DNA from: Eledone cirrhosa
Lineage: Eukaryota
Reading direction: 5' to 3'
NCBI GenBank assembly: GCA_964016885.1
Contig: OZ024742.1
Location: 185,566,001-185,630,000 of the forward strand
Length of the DNA stretch: 64,000 nt
The notes beneath the pieces were generated by a model. The model searched no databases. It was not told the DNA's origin and saw only the letters and a list, made by a program, of their open reading frames with translations. A program made the position numbers and the translations under genes. Every line of letters begins with the position of its first letter. Within the stretch, counting starts at the first letter, position 1. This document shows, in pieces, positions 24,374 to 38,377 of this stretch.

Positions 24374-24642
24374 GGCCTACTCTGAGTATGTGTCTGTAAA
24401 TTAAAGGTGGACAACTGGGAGAGCGCACTTGCCCTGGTGGTCAGGGTCACTGTGGCCTTTTAATGGGCTTTCTCCACAAATCTCCCCCCCGCCCTTATTG
24501 ATGAATTTTTCATTATTATTTTTTTGTTACATCCTCTGTTTTCGTTTTTTACACGCAGAAATGCCCATTTGTACCGTCCTGTATTGTCCTGTACTGTCCT
24601 TAATGTCTACTTTATGTGAACCCTTGTGGTTAATAAAGAAAG

Positions 24643-24643
<1 letters not shown>
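24370..24643 (+). mobile_element. 3'-terminal fragment of the Tx1-A family between (ATT)n tracts
   Basis: Highly similar to 30467-30741. Confidence 0.9.
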
Positions 24644-24703
<60 letters not shown>

Positions 24704-25184
24704 GAATGCCATGGTTGACGGAGGCTCGGCTCTGTAAGGTATAGTAAATTTTAAACGCTATAACAATTGTAAATTGTTTAAAACTTTAACCAAATTGTAG
24801 ACAAAAACACCCTCCTCCTCGTGAGAGGGGTCTTTCTGATCGTTATTTGGCCCTTCGGGGTTAAATAACCGCTTATTGGGGTGTTGTGCCCAATATTTAT
24901 TTTAAACCCCAAAAAAACATGGCTACAAAAAAGAATTTTCACAAGTCACTCCCACTCATTCCGTCTTCTTCTTCCTCAATCGTCACTACACCAGAGAGAA
25001 GATTGTCTCTCTCCCTCCCTTCTCTAAATGTGTCTCTCTCCCTCCCTTCTCTTTCGCAAGCGACGCCAGTAAAGAAAAATAGTTTCCAAAATCACGTGCA
25101 AAACGTGGAACATTTCTCCACGACGACGACAACGACGAAAAAGGGTGCGGTAAATACGAAAACCCATTTCATTCGTCTGACGTC

Positions 25185-26669
25185 ATGAGTAATAGCAGTA
25201 GCAGCCGTAATAACAACAGCAGCAGCAGCAACAGTGACAAGGAAAACAACAGTAGCAGCCGCAACAGCTTCAGCAGCAGCATAAACAACAGCAGCATTAG
25301 CAGCAACAGCAACAACAACAGCAGCAGCAGCAACAACAACAACAACCACAGCAACAGCGGCGGCGGCAGTCGTAGTACCAGCAGCAACAACAAAAGTAAC
25401 AGCAGCTCTGACGACGACAACAACAACAACAAAGAAAAACCAATCTCGTTTGCAGGTATCGCAAAGAACCTGGAAACCATCCTTATAACAAATGAGGAAT
25501 TACAGGAAGCAAAGAAGATGGTGACGAAAACTGGACACCGAGCAATCTGCAAGGCAGCCGAAAATTTTTTCGAAACCCAACAGCACTGTACGGTCACGTA
25601 CCGTACAGTAAGCACAAAATCCCGTAGGGTTGAAAGGGCCACAGAGGCTCAAATACAAAAAGCCTTAGGGTCTGTGTGGCAGCGGAAAACGCATATCACC
25701 CGAGGCAAGAAATATGCCACCGTGGACGTGCTTTTTGCCACACCCCAGGAGGCAAAGACTCAATCCTTAGTGACGCTAAGGAGCGAGGAAATGGTGTTGG
25801 TGCCCTCCTACTGCGGACAAAAAATTGTGAGCGTCAAACTGACCCACGTCTCCCCCCCCCCCCCCCCCAGGATGGCCTCTTCTTGGCTGGCCGCGTCTGT
25901 CCTCGTCGGAATCGAGGACAAAACAACTGTACTGCAAGTACAGAAAAAAGTACGAGAAGATTGGGTCGGCACCTCCATTGAGATGTTAATCCAAACCAAC
26001 CAGGAGTGCATCGAAGCTATCCCGGATGTGATAGACTTCGATAACGGCACTCAACTGCCCATAAGTGTTGAAGGCAAACGCCCGAAATGCTTTCGCTGTG
26101 GATCGAAGACTCACCTCAGGGCCTTCTGCAATGAGAACACCCTGAGAAAGGAGAAAACCCCCCTCCTTCCGCAACCGGCTCCACTGCTACCAGCAACAGG
26201 ACAGGCGGCAACCAGGAAGGATAGGTCCGTGGCACCCATACCCACGCCACGGAAATCAAGAACAGCAGCAGCAGTGGAAGTATTAACAACAACAACAGCA
26301 ATACCAATTGCAGCTGCAACAGAGACTCCACTGCAAATATCACCAACAACAACAAGTGAAAGAGTGGAGCTGGTACCCCTCCCCGACCTCACAGAATCGA
26401 ACATGGAGTGTGAGGTGGGAGAGGGATGGCAAAAGGTCGCAAGAAGGCACAAACGCAGAAGCAGCGCATCGTCGCCTTCGAAAAGGGAGGAAAGAAACGA
26501 AAAAAGGGTAAAGATTTACAGCAGCAACACCACCAACACTATCACCACCATCACCACCGGCGGCAACCCCACCGCCAACAACAACAACACCTTCAACACC
26601 AACACCACAAGCACCAACATCGCAAACACAACAAAACACACACACCCAGCAACAACGACAAGAAAATAG
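25185..26669 (+). CDS. Tx1 ORF1 gag-like nucleic-acid-binding protein (may start at ATG 24919 via a frameshift)
   Basis: CFRCGSKTHLRAFC zinc knuckle; GWQKV.RR basic motif. Confidence 0.75.
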   Translation: MSNSSSSRNNNSSSSNSDKENNSSSRNSFSSSINNSSISSNSNNNSSSSNNNNNHSNSGGGSRSTSSNNKSNSSSDDDNNNNKEKPISFAGIAKNLETILITNEELQEAKKMVTKTGHRAICKAAENFFETQQHCTVTYRTVSTKSRRVERATEAQIQKALGSVWQRKTHITRGKKYATVDVLFATPQEAKTQSLVTLRSEEMVLVPSYCGQKIVSVKLTHVSPPPPPRMASSWLAASVLVGIEDKTTVLQVQKKVREDWVGTSIEMLIQTNQECIEAIPDVIDFDNGTQLPISVEGKRPKCFRCGSKTHLRAFCNENTLRKEKTPLLPQPAPLLPATGQAATRKDRSVAPIPTPRKSRTAAAVEVLTTTTAIPIAAATETPLQISPTTTSERVELVPLPDLTESNMECEVGEGWQKVARRHKRRSSASSPSKREERNEKRVKIYSSNTTNTITTITTGGNPTANNNNTFNTNTTSTNIANTTKHTHPATTTRK

Positions 26670-27076
26670 CAGAACCACACCCCAACCCCAGAAAAACAAA
26701 TGCACAGCAATAAATACACATAAGAAATTAATGACTTACATAATTGAACACACAGACATTTCACAGCACGACTACATAATACCAGCACCAATCAAAACAC
26801 CAACGAACATAAGACTGGTAAAAATAGCACAGAAACAATACACAAACATTAAAACGAAATTCCCCAACGCAGTTGGTGATTTCAGAGACCTAGGAGGGAC
26901 ACTCAACCGGAGGGTATATTCGGATATACTCACAGAAGAGCCGACGACCAGCCGAAGGGGCGATTCAACGGTCCCTTCACCAGACGATCAAGTGAAAAGG
27001 GATGGTAAAACCATCCTTCCTCTGCGAGAAGAAGTAAGGTAAGTGGTCTTTCCCATCTTTTCCACTCCATTTCAAC

Positions 27077-30000
27077 ATGACCTCACTCAGAATAGGCAGC
27101 ATAAATGCGCGTGGCTTGGGGTCGTCATGGAAGCAGAGCCACCTGCTCAACGACCTCAGGTCACTAAACATAGATGTAGTGGCCATCAGCGAGACCAGAA
27201 TCTCCGAAGCACGGGCCTTCGCACCGATCTTCGGCGGCTACGATGAGTACGCATCTCCCAGCCGTCCTGGATCGGGGGGGAGGAGTTGCTGTGCTTTTTC
27301 GGAGAGGTTTGGATCTCGCCATACGGGCCATCTTCCTGGACCCAGAAGGTAAGTTGGTGGTGCTGGACGTGACCAGCGGAGAAGGGCAAGCTTTCAGGCT
27401 AGTGGCCGTCTATGCCCCGACAGGAGCAGGGCAACCTGATTTCTTCCGGCGTCTGGAGACCTTTCTAGGAACGTCCCGCTCTTTAGTGTTAGTGGGCGAC
27501 TGGAACGGGATCTTAGATGCACGCTGGAACTGTGTGGGATTAGCGGATAGGGGAGGAGGGTGCAAGAGCCTCACCAACTTGCTCAGGCGTTTTGAACTGT
27601 CTGACAGGTACCGATTGGATTTCCCGAATGTGCCAATGTGGACTTGGACAAATTGCATAGGGTCATCCAGATCATATCTAGATAGAGTATTTTGTAGGGA
27701 AATAGATAGGTCTAGTATACGCTGTCCACAATTCAAGATAGTCTGCTACACGGACCACAAATTCGTGATCTGTGTGCTTGACTTAGATAGGCTTCATAGA
27801 CGAGGACACGGCTACTTGAAGCTAAACGCGTCCTTACCAGCGCGCAAGGCCTACAGAGACCGGATTAGCGAACTAGTTAAGCGAGCGTTGACGGGGGCCA
27901 TCGTCAACAACAAGTGGTGGTTTGCTCTGAAAAGAGCGATTAGAATAGAGTCCATTAGGTTTAGTAAGGCTTTAGCTATAGAGAAAAATAGAGCAGAGGG
28001 AGAACTAGTTAGAAAATTAGACGAGGCGCTTAGCAAAGGCATCGCGACCGACGTACTTGCGGCGAAATTGGCCCTTGACCAATTCTTCAATGCAAAGCAC
28101 GAAGGCTGCGTTGTCAGAGCTAGGGTGCGTGCTCTCAGATACGAGGGGACGAAAGCCGTTCAATGGGCCCGAGTGGCGGAGGCGCGTCGTGGCAACAAAG
28201 CCACGATCCGGTCTTTGGTGGACCACGACGGGCGCATGCTACTCGATCCCGGGCAAATGTGTGAAGCTTTTCAGCGACACTTCGCTCAACTGTTCGGGAG
28301 CAGCGGCGGGCCGGATCGTGGGATGGACTTTAGTGTCTACCTCGACAGACTGCCGCGACTCTCGGCCACTGAGGCGGAGTGTTGCGAAAAGCCGTTAACA
28401 GCCGCTGAAGTACGGGAGGCAATGACTGGCTGCACAAGGGGTAAATCGCCTGGTTTGGATGGTCTGCTCTATGAACTTTACGTACAAATGCCAGACTTGT
28501 TCGGAGGCTTCTTGGCGGACGTCTACTGCAACTGGCAACAGAACGGGAGAATTCCCAGCTCTGTGAGCCGAGGAGCGGTGGCGCTGCTGAGAAAGGATCC
28601 GAACAAGGGGGATAACATAGATAATTTCAGGCCCATAACTCTGCTAAACACAGAGTTCAAGATTTTGGCCAAGGTGCTAGCAAAGAGGTTGGCGCTTGTC
28701 GTTGGTGGTTTGGCGGGAGAGGCGCAGACATGCGCCATTCCCGACAGAACCATCCACGACAACCTCCACCTCATGCGATACATCGTAGAGAGGGTAGCTA
28801 GGGAACCTGGCACGGGTGGGTCCTTGATCAATTTAGATCAGTCGAAAGCTTTCGATAGGGTCGACCATCGTTACCTAGCGGCAGTCCTGAGGGCGGCTGG
28901 CTTTGGGCCCGTCTTCAGAGGCTGGATCGCTGCAATGCACAGCGACATCTGCTCTGTGGTGATAGTGAACGGTCACCTTTCGGAACCGTTCAACATCATG
29001 CGCTCGGTCCGCCAAGGATGTGCCCTCTCGTCCCTCTTGTACGTATTGACTCTCGAGCCATTACTGCACAAACTGGAGACGTTGAGGGGCGTCCCGCGCG
29101 AACTAGGATGCGGAAGATCCGTGTCAGCATATGCGGACGATGTCACCGTAGGGGTATCGAACGCCAAACACATCGAGGCGATCGGCACTACACTAAGAGA
29201 ATACGAAGCGGTGACAGGAGCAATGATCAACCAGGAAAAGTCAGTGGGCCTGCAGCTCGGCACCTGGAGAGGCAGGTCCATGCCGTCCAACAGCGTCGTC
29301 GGACTCTGGACGGACGGACGGGTTAAATTGCTAGGGGTCTGGTTCGGTCCAGACCTCCAGACGGACAAAAACTGGGACGAGGTGACGAGCAGGGTGGCTT
29401 CTCTCACCCAGAAATGGGCGGAGAGGAAGCTATCCCTGAAAAGTCAAGCGGAGGTGGCTAACGCGTACATCGCGTCTGTCATCTGCTACCGCCTGACCGT
29501 CGTACCTTGTCCTAAGCCCCGCCTGACCTCGCTGGAGCGTTTGCTCTTTCGCTTTTTGTGGAAGGGACGCGCTCCGATGGTCAGGCGGTCCATCTGCTGT
29601 CAACACCCGCTACGTGGAGGGCTGGGCATGCCGTGGCTGATGATACGCAGACACGCGCTCAGGCTACGACATCTCCACCTCTTCCTCGACGGTGATCAGG
29701 TGTGGTCGCCGTTTGCTAGACACGTATTTCCCCAGCTCGTTTCCTTGACGGAGCTGCAGTCCTGGGTCAAGCGAAGACCGAGAGAGAGCGCCTGGAGACT
29801 GGAATGTCTTCAGGCGCTCACAGCCCTCGACCAATCGGGCAATGTGATCGGTGGAAACCCACCTCCGCGTTCTATAGAGGATTAGTGGAGGGGAAGAGCG
29901 ACGACGTACTTGGGGAAACTCTAGGCGTCGACGAAAATCAACTAGCCAATCTCTTCGGAAGAACTTTCGGGCCGAGACCTATGGACAACTTCCAGAAATC

Positions 30001-30496
30001 TCTGGCCTGGCAGTGCTACCGAGGAGCCTTGCCAGTTCGGGATAAACTCTACAGGCATGGAGGTGCCGTCAGCCGGGCATGTCCGAGATGCGCGCAGGGC
30101 GACGAAACCGTCCTGCACGCACTCGTCCAGTGTTCGAGCATTGCTGACTTGTGGGTTTATGTCGAACACCTGCTGTCACGTGTAGGACGGATCCGGCTAT
30201 CAGCTGAGTCCATCGTGAGGATTTCCCCGCCTTCTTCCTTTAGCCGGGAAGGGCAGGCAGTTTTTATCTGTCTGGTGGCCATGGCGAAAGAGATAGTATG
30301 GTGGACACGTTTGAAAGGGCTGAAGACGAGCACTTACCTCTTCGGTGATGCCCTGATTAACTTTTTCAAATTTGATTTGAAAAGGAAAATCAGGGTAGAG
30401 AGGGAAGTGCTCTCTTCCCAGCATTTTGTTGAAAGATGGGTGAGAGAAGCAAGTATGGCTCGAATGAATGGGCCTTCTCTGAGTATGTGTCTGTAA
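27077..30496 (+). pseudogene. Tx1 ORF2 (EN-RT) with two frameshifts (about 27275 in a G run, about 29860)
   Basis: SINARGL, ISET, GDWN, LDR, TDH (EN); KSPGLDG, DQSKAFD, QGC.LS, YADD (RT); CPRC...H...C. Confidence 0.9.
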
Positions 30497-30740
30497 ATTA
30501 AAGATGGAAAACTGGGAGAGGGCACTTGCCCTGGTGGTCAGGGTCACTGTGGTCTTTTAATGGGCTTTCTCCACAAATGTACCTCGGAAGTCTCCTCCCT
30601 ATTGGGGAATTTTTCTTTGTTATTTTATTACATCCTCTGTTTTTTTTTACACGCAGAAATGCCCATTTGTACCGTCCTGTATTGTCCTGTACTGTCCTTA
30701 ATGTCTACTTTATGTAAACCCTTGTGGTTAATAAAGAAAA

Positions 30741-30798
<58 letters not shown>

Positions 30799-30805
30799 TG
30801 GTTAC

Positions 30806-30950
30806 CAAGGGCAATGGATCGGAAATATCGGTAGAGCGTCGGACAACATGCTTTGTGGCATATAGTCACGTCCCTTTACATTCTGAGTGCAGATCCCACC
30901 GAGGTTAGCTTTGCCTTTCATCCTTATGGGGTCAATAAAATAAAGCACCA
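30806..30950 (+). mobile_element. SINE interrupted by a MITE; resumes at 31227-31270
   Basis: The SINE core continues as caccagtaaagcactggccttgtg after the insertion. Confidence 0.7.
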
Positions 30951-31226
30951 CAGACCTGCCAACCTCTAAAAACCCAAATGGTGAGTACCACGAAAAAAAG
31001 TGCCCCAAAACGGGGAGAAATGAGACAAAATGGGGAGATTTTACATAATTGTTTCTATTTTAGGCACAAGGCCAGCAATTACCCAGTGCATTACTGGTAC
31101 TTTATTTTATCGACCCCGATTTTACATAATGAAAGCTATACGCATTTTCATAAGAGAAGACATCTCTCACCCACTCCAAAGTGGGTTGGAGATCTCCCCG
31201 TCAGTCGGAGAGAGTTGACAAGTATG
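30951..31226. mobile_element. MITE with imperfect TIRs and a 5-bp TSD (CACCA)
   Basis: Ends CAGACCTGCCAAC / reverse complement CATACTTGTCAAC. CACCA at 30946-30950 and 31227-31231. Contains a minus-strand SINE piece. Confidence 0.55.
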
Positions 31227-31654
31227 CACCAGTAAAGCACTGGCCTTGTGACTAAAGTAGAAACAATTATTATTATTATTTAACGTTTTCCTGCATTATA
31301 GAATTCATTCAATAATCATTGCCATATTTGGTAGAGTTACGAGAAGGACAATGACATCATCTCTCCAGTGGTATGTTAATGTTCTCTTTGTAAATATTAA
31401 TGTTCTTTTTTTGTCGGCATGAAGCCAAGTTTAGTTTGAAAATAGGTTCAGTTGATTAAATCGACTTCAGTATCTTACTAAGGTGACGAATTGGCACGGT
31501 CGTAAAAAGCTTGCCGGCCATTCCTTTAGTTCTCTATGTTCAGATTTTCGAGGTCAACATTTTCACTTTCATTGTTCAGGGTTCAAATCAGCTTAGGAAT
31601 TACATTAGGGGTACAGATGCTTGTGAAATACTGAACAACTTACACGTTATATAA

Positions 31655-31925
31655 ACTACCATTACTATTGTAATATATTAACTACCATTACTATTGTAGT
31701 ATATTAACTACTATTACTACTGTAGTATATTAACTACCATTACTATTGTAATATATTAACACCATTACTATTGTAATATATTAACTACCATTACTCTTGT
31801 TGTATATTAACTACCATTACTATTGTAATATATTAACTACCATTATTATTGTAATATATTAACTACCATTACTATTGTAGTATAATAACTACTGTTGTTA
31901 CTATTGTAGTATATTAACACCATTA
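31655..31925. repeat. 26-bp AT-rich minisatellite
   Basis: aactaccattactattgtaatatatt repeated about 10 times. Confidence 0.9.
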
Positions 31926-32320
31926 TTATTCTACTATACAAACCACTATAGACTATACTAATATATAAACTACAATTGCTGTTCTATGTGGCGCGTTGGT
32001 AGAGTCGTTCGAACGTCGGCTAGAATATTCCATATCTTTGTGCTCTGGTTTCAAATCACACCAAGGGCAATTTTGCTTTTCATCCTTTTGAGTTCGATAA
32101 AACAAAGTACCAGTTTAGTGCTGGGGATCGATTCTACCTTTATATATCTTTCTTATTTCCTCTCTCCTTTTCTGGAAGAAATCTTCTGTGTTCAAACCTG
32201 GAGATGGGATGAGTTCCGCCACTTTTTAAAGACCCAAGATATGCCTTTTGTAGCACTGGTGCCTCTACGACTCCACTAGTAACTACGGGTCTATACATTA
32301 TTACTATTCTGATATATAGA

Positions 32321-32540
32321 GGGCGATGGATTGGCAGTATCGGTAGAATGTCGGGCGCCATGCTTTGCAGCATAGAGTTATGGCCCTTTATGATCTGAGA
32401 TCAAATCCCGCCGAGGTTAACTTTGCCTTTCATCATTACGGGGTCGATAAAATAAAGTTCGAGTCACGCACTGGGGTCAATTTAATCGACTTCCCCTTCC
32501 CCCAAAATTGCTGGCCTTGTGCCTATATAAGAAACCATTA
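32321..32540 (+). mobile_element. SINE
   Basis: Same family as 17917. Confidence 0.8.
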
Positions 32541-32744
32541 TTCTGCTATAAACCATCATTGAATATTCTAATTAATACAAAACGTTAAATATTGATTAAT
32601 CAATTTTCTCAAAACAACAAATCTTATTGAGAGAATTATTCTATTTAGTTATTTGTTTATATGGTTATATAACTTTATGTTTTTAGTTTTATTAAGTTTT
32701 CTTGTTAAAATAATGTTACAATGTTATGTTTTGTTGTTGATATT

Positions 32745-32990
32745 AGTGCCGGCGGCGGCGGCGGCGGTGGTGGTAGTGGTGGTGGTGGTAGCGGTGGCGT
32801 TGGCGGCGACGGTGATGGTGGTGGTGGTGGCGGCGGTGGCGTCGAAGGTGTCGGTTGTGGTGGTGGTGGTGGCGTCGACGTTGGTGGTGGTGCCGGCGGC
32901 GGTGGTGGTGGGGGGTGGTCGTCGTCGTGGTGCCGGCGTCGGTGGTGGTGGTGGTGGTGGTGGTTGTCGTCGTCGTGGTGGCGGCGGTTG
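32745..32990. repeat. (GGT/GGC)n microsatellite
   Basis: Direct reading. Confidence 0.9.
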
Positions 32991-34151
32991 AGGCGCAGTT
33001 GAGCTATAAGTTAGCTGATCTTTGATTGACAGCGTTCTAAGCATGACCATCCCATCTTTTATTGGTAGATACAACGACGTGGTTGAGGTTTACGCTATTG
33101 GTTTTCTACTTGAAAAACAGCGGTGGGGAAGAAAACAAGGGTGGCGGTGAAGGACGATGTTCTGGAGAGGAAGAACTGGTTGTAGTGTTTAAAGTGGCGT
33201 AACTAGGAGTAGACACACTATGAGTTTCAAGAGAAAGAGACCCACCCGAGTTAGTCGGTGGGGAGGGGGGTCTGAGTAAGTGTGAAAAAAGATCAGCCAG
33301 TTCTAAGAGTCGAGGCCGCAGTAGTAGTGATAGAAGAAGCAGAGTAAGACACTGCAAATGTAAGTGTGTTGGCGAGCGATTTCATGACAGTCAGTCGGGG
33401 CTCTATCCTGGGATGTAACAGTCTAGGATATCTATATGTGTAATGGCTCTGTTGGTCTGAACGATGAGTGTTCCAACTGTTCGATCAATGAAACAAGCCG
33501 CCCGTCAAATTAACGTGCAAAGGACAAAGCATGCCACAGACACGTCTACTCTTAACGTAATTATCTGGGATATTCAGCATGACACAGAATATGACAAGAC
33601 TTGCCTTTTGAATTACATGTAAAATCTATCAGATGGGCAATAGTATGGGAAATCGGTAGAGCACCAAGGCAGTGGAATGGTGGGAATTGGTAAAGCATCG
33701 GATAAAATACTTAGCAGTATTTAGTTTCACCCTTTTATGTCTTGAGTTCAAATCTAGCCAGTGACAACTTTGCCTTTCATCGATCCGCGATCAATAAAAT
33801 ATAATACTAGTCATATAAATCTAGACCTAATGATTGCGAAGCGAACTTCTTAAACGTTCGACCATCTACCAATGTTAGAAACCGTTACATAGTCACGTGG
33901 TAGAGGCACATGTTCAGCAGTGCCATCTTCACTTCCGTCTTGGAGTTCGTTACAAAAATCAGTCAACTGTAATGTTTGTCTCCTTGTCACAATTCTAAAC
34001 TTCACGTGGAATGTAAATCAATTAATTTCACTTTTCGGTGTACATCTCATCTCTCGGGATTTTACTCCTATTTTAAGTCTACAATCTTGGCTTTGTTTAA
34101 AGTTTGTTTAATGACTTCGTTAATAACATGTCAATATTACCTTTTTTAATT

Positions 34152-34310
<159 letters not shown>

Positions 34311-35954
34311 CATCGATTTATTTCTGATAAAATACACAAACGAATCAATATTTACATCAAATGTTTACATGAACTCGTGATGAAATTGCTTTCTTCCATG
34401 AATGAGAAAAAAGAGAATAAATTTATTGTTTTACTTTCCGTTAACTAAATAGGATTATTTTGCCGTCTTTCCACTGTAATCTTATTATACGGTCAATTAT
34501 ATGAACTAAATAGCGTAGTGGTCGCGACTAAAACAATACTGTAGCCATCAAACTAAATACGTTTACACTAGTCCCCCCCCCCCCCGCACTTGGTTCAAGG
34601 TTTAAACAGAACTGGATCCCACTGTGATTTTCATCTTTGTAGACATGATTAAATAGTTATCAGTAATATATTAGATCGATACGGTTTATCAGTCACTCAA
34701 CAATTAACCTTGCAGTTAAGTGAAACAGTTGTTTATAAACAATGCAAAAATATGACCTTTTTGTGTGTTATTACATGCTACATGTTTTTCTTTGTTCCAC
34801 AGAGTACAAACTGAGAAGTTAGCTTCTGCCAACTATTAATGACTTTGAAAAGGAATTACTAAAATCTCCCAACCTGACGTTTTAACAATACTGCAAATCT
34901 ACTGCCATTGAACTGGTACTTTATTCATCGACTCTGAAAATGATGAAAGCAAATTTGACCTCGGTGATATTTGAACTCCGTGCAAATAGACCCGGAACAA
35001 ACACTGAGACATCTAATCTCGACTCTCTGATGATTCTTGCCAATTTACCGGCTTAATCAGAAAATAAAGTAGGAGAGAAAATGGTGCAGTGTTATTGCAT
35101 ATTTCATTTTAAGAAAGAGCATTTTGGATTTCTTTCTTTCGAATATTGATTTCACTTTTCCTGAAGTTGTTGGCCAGGAATAACAGGATTCAATTGTAAT
35201 CTTCGTTGAACATAATCCAAATATTATTCAGTTTAGTTTGGACAATATTCAGAACAAACAGAAATATCTCTTTGAAAGACGGTATGTGCAAATATAACGA
35301 ACAGTAAATGCCATGGCTGTACTTTACTTATCGTTCAGTGGAAAGGAAGAACGGCACTCAAGGCATCCGAGACTGGTTGTAAATAGATACGAATGGAATG
35401 GAAACGGACCGCCGTCGGTTTCGACGATAAGTGTTCTAGTGGTTCGATGAACGAGAAAACCTACTCATGAAACTAACATGCAAGTGACTGAGCATTCCAC
35501 AGACACATGTAGCCTTCACGTAATTCTCATGGACATTCAACGTGACTCAGTGTGTATGACGAGGCTGGCCCTTTGAATTACAAGTACAGTCCATCCGGCG
35601 GGTTTCCAAACAGTTTCCGTCGACCCGATTTCACACCCGATATGAACGACCCTTGCCCAAGATGACATGCAGTGGATTCGAACAAAGGGTCTTATGATTG
35701 TGAAGCGAACTTCTAAAGCATTAGGTTATGCTGTGTTCACAAATAGATATAACCTTTAGATACAGTACGCAGCAAACAGTCAAAGAGTCCTTCGTTAACA
35801 TTTTTTGCTAACTTCAATATTTGTTGGTTATTATAAAAGCTCTTTCGCCACAGACTTGCTCCGACTGATTCTACATCTAGAGTAAGATTGATATAGATTC
35901 ATTTCGATTTTCTTTTTGCGGCAAATAATTTACTCTAATATATATATATATATA

Positions 35955-36070
35955 TATATAAAGGACGTAAAATAAGAAAATATTTTTTTTAAAAAATTTA
36001 AAAAAAATTTTTTATAAATTTTTTTTAAATTTTTTTAAAAAAATATTTTCTTATTTTACGTCCTTTATAT
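35955..36070. repeat. AT-rich palindrome within a (TA)n-flanked insert
   Basis: ataaaggacgtaaaataagaaaatatttt ... aaaatattttcttattttacgtcctttat. Confidence 0.8.
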
Positions 36071-36181
36071 TATTGTTCTGCATTCTCCTGCATTGAACCA
36101 CCTAGGTACTATGACATAACCTGTGTATTTGCTGGCATGGGCGTGCATCTGTGCGCTTATGTTAGTTGATATATTAAATTA

Positions 36182-36222
<41 letters not shown>

Positions 36223-36300
36223 GAAATGAACGAACAAAACACAGGAGACAATTGTACACAGTTATATTAGGTTCACGCTTGGTGGAAGTAGAAATGGTTA

Positions 36301-36329
36301 CAACGTTTCGGACATAAGTCCTTCATCAG
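36301..36329 (-). ncRNA. Hammerhead core in a pseudo-LTR-like fragment, probably inactive
   Basis: CUGAUGA-A-GGAC(UUAU)GUCC-GAAACGUUG. Position 17 is G and stem I is not evident. Confidence 0.55.
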
Positions 36330-36479
36330 GAAAGTTCGGATAGGCGGAGAGCAGGAACTAAGAGAGGGAGTGAGGAGGGTTTTAAGGGGGGGGGGGGGGT
36401 TACAAAAAAAAAATAAAAGTAAATGTAAATGAAAAATTTGTTGAATGTAAAAATAAAGAGCGTAGGGAGGGGTATAGGT

Positions 36480-36631
<152 letters not shown>

Positions 36632-38377
36632 GATTAAATTCCGCTGCTGGTATTAACTTTGCCTTTCATTCTTACAGGGTCGATAAAATAAAATACCAGT
36701 AACCGACTGGGTTGATTCAATCGACTTTCACCTCGCCCGAAATGTTTGGCCTTGTGTCTAAATCAGAAACTATTATTAATATCCATCCTCTTATCAATTG
36801 GGAGAACTTCGCCGATTCGATGTCATTCATACTGTTTCGTCATTACAGACTGTCTGTACCTTACCCCACGCACAATATATTTCTCTCAACCTGCCTTCAA
36901 CTGTTCTATTGTAGATGTTCTTTGGTCATCAAAGCTTTCGCTTGCAAGGTGATGCCCATCGTAATGCCACCTTTAATATCTAGTTTTAGTCCATTCTGAG
37001 AGCCTGGTCTCGTGTGGTATCCATTGTAATGCTATCTCTAGTATCCTATTTTCATCTATTCTAAAAGCGTGGCCGACCACTGATATCTTAATTCAAAGAC
37101 TACACTATTGAAAGCAATTTGTAGTATAGCTCTTCTTTTGACATCTTTTGAGCCAGGAAATGCGGCAGATTTTTCTCAGGTACACATTACGGAAAGCATT
37201 GACCGTTTCATGTCTCATTTTACCACTCTCCAGCATTTTGAGCTATACATTTAACACTGGTGTTAAATAGACCAATCTTAGTCATAAAACAGTATTAACT
37301 AGACTTTCAGAGTGACTAAAGGCGTGCGAATGTCCCGTCACGAGTTATGAAAAACCTTGCCTGGTTGTCCACAAAACAACTGTAGTTATTTCTACATTAA
37401 CAGCTATACAAATATTGATCTGGTGCCAAATGAAAAGAAATCAATTGTATTCACTTTATTATATGTGAGCAAGTAATTAGTTATTTCTTTCATGTGAACA
37501 GAGTGTATCAAAAAGGCTATATTTCAAAAGGCTATATTTTTAAAACAAATGACCATATAATCATGCGGTAACTTGTACAATACATGTCTGAATAAAAAGT
37601 TTTATTCTCTTTTATAACTTTTATAAATTTTTATAAAGTTATTTACATATTGAGCATTTGCAAAATTTGAAATCGGACGAGTTTTTATGATACAACCAGT
37701 GTTTATTATATTTTTTAATTCGAAATTGTTATCTCTATAGTGTTTGACACACTCAACGAACCTGAAGAGTTTAAAGAACCGATAATAGTTTTTAGCGCAG
37801 ACAATAGACAATAGGATAAAATGTGGTCTTATACGCAATACTAACGATTTATGGGGAGAGAAACATCGATTACATAGAACCCAGTTCGTGACTAATACTT
37901 TGTTCTATCGACCACGAAAGGATGAAAGGTAAAGTTGACTTGATAGGATTTTAACTGAAAACCTTTTATTCAACGCTCTAATATTTCTGCTGATATACTG
38001 CCCTTAATGGGTTCTTGAATAATAAACAATGATTATTGATATAATTCATGACGACATCAACTACAACAACAATAGTAAAATAAAAGAACAACAATAAGAA
38101 TGGTGTTGAGGACAGCAGTAACAACAACAACAATAAAATGGTGGTGAGGACAGCAGTAACAACAACAACAATAAAAATGGCGGTGATGACGAAAGTGACG
38201 ACAACAGTAAAAACAATAAGAAAAAATGATTTATAAAGAAAAGGCGAGCAGTAATGAAAAAGAGAATCAATGAAAATGTCTTGGATTAAGATATAGAATT
38301 TTATGAAATGGTGCCAACAAAGTTTGATATTCTATATGACAAAAGACAATATGTATGTATGTATGCATATATGTATG

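Larger units (their letters stand above)
24704..30741 (+). mobile_element. Near full-length Tx1-type (L1 clade) LINE, Tx1-A, flanked by (ATT)n
   Basis: ORF1 has a CCHC knuckle. ORF2 has APE endonuclease, RT and a C-terminal Cys motif. AATAAA lies just before the (ATT)n tail. Confidence 0.92.
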
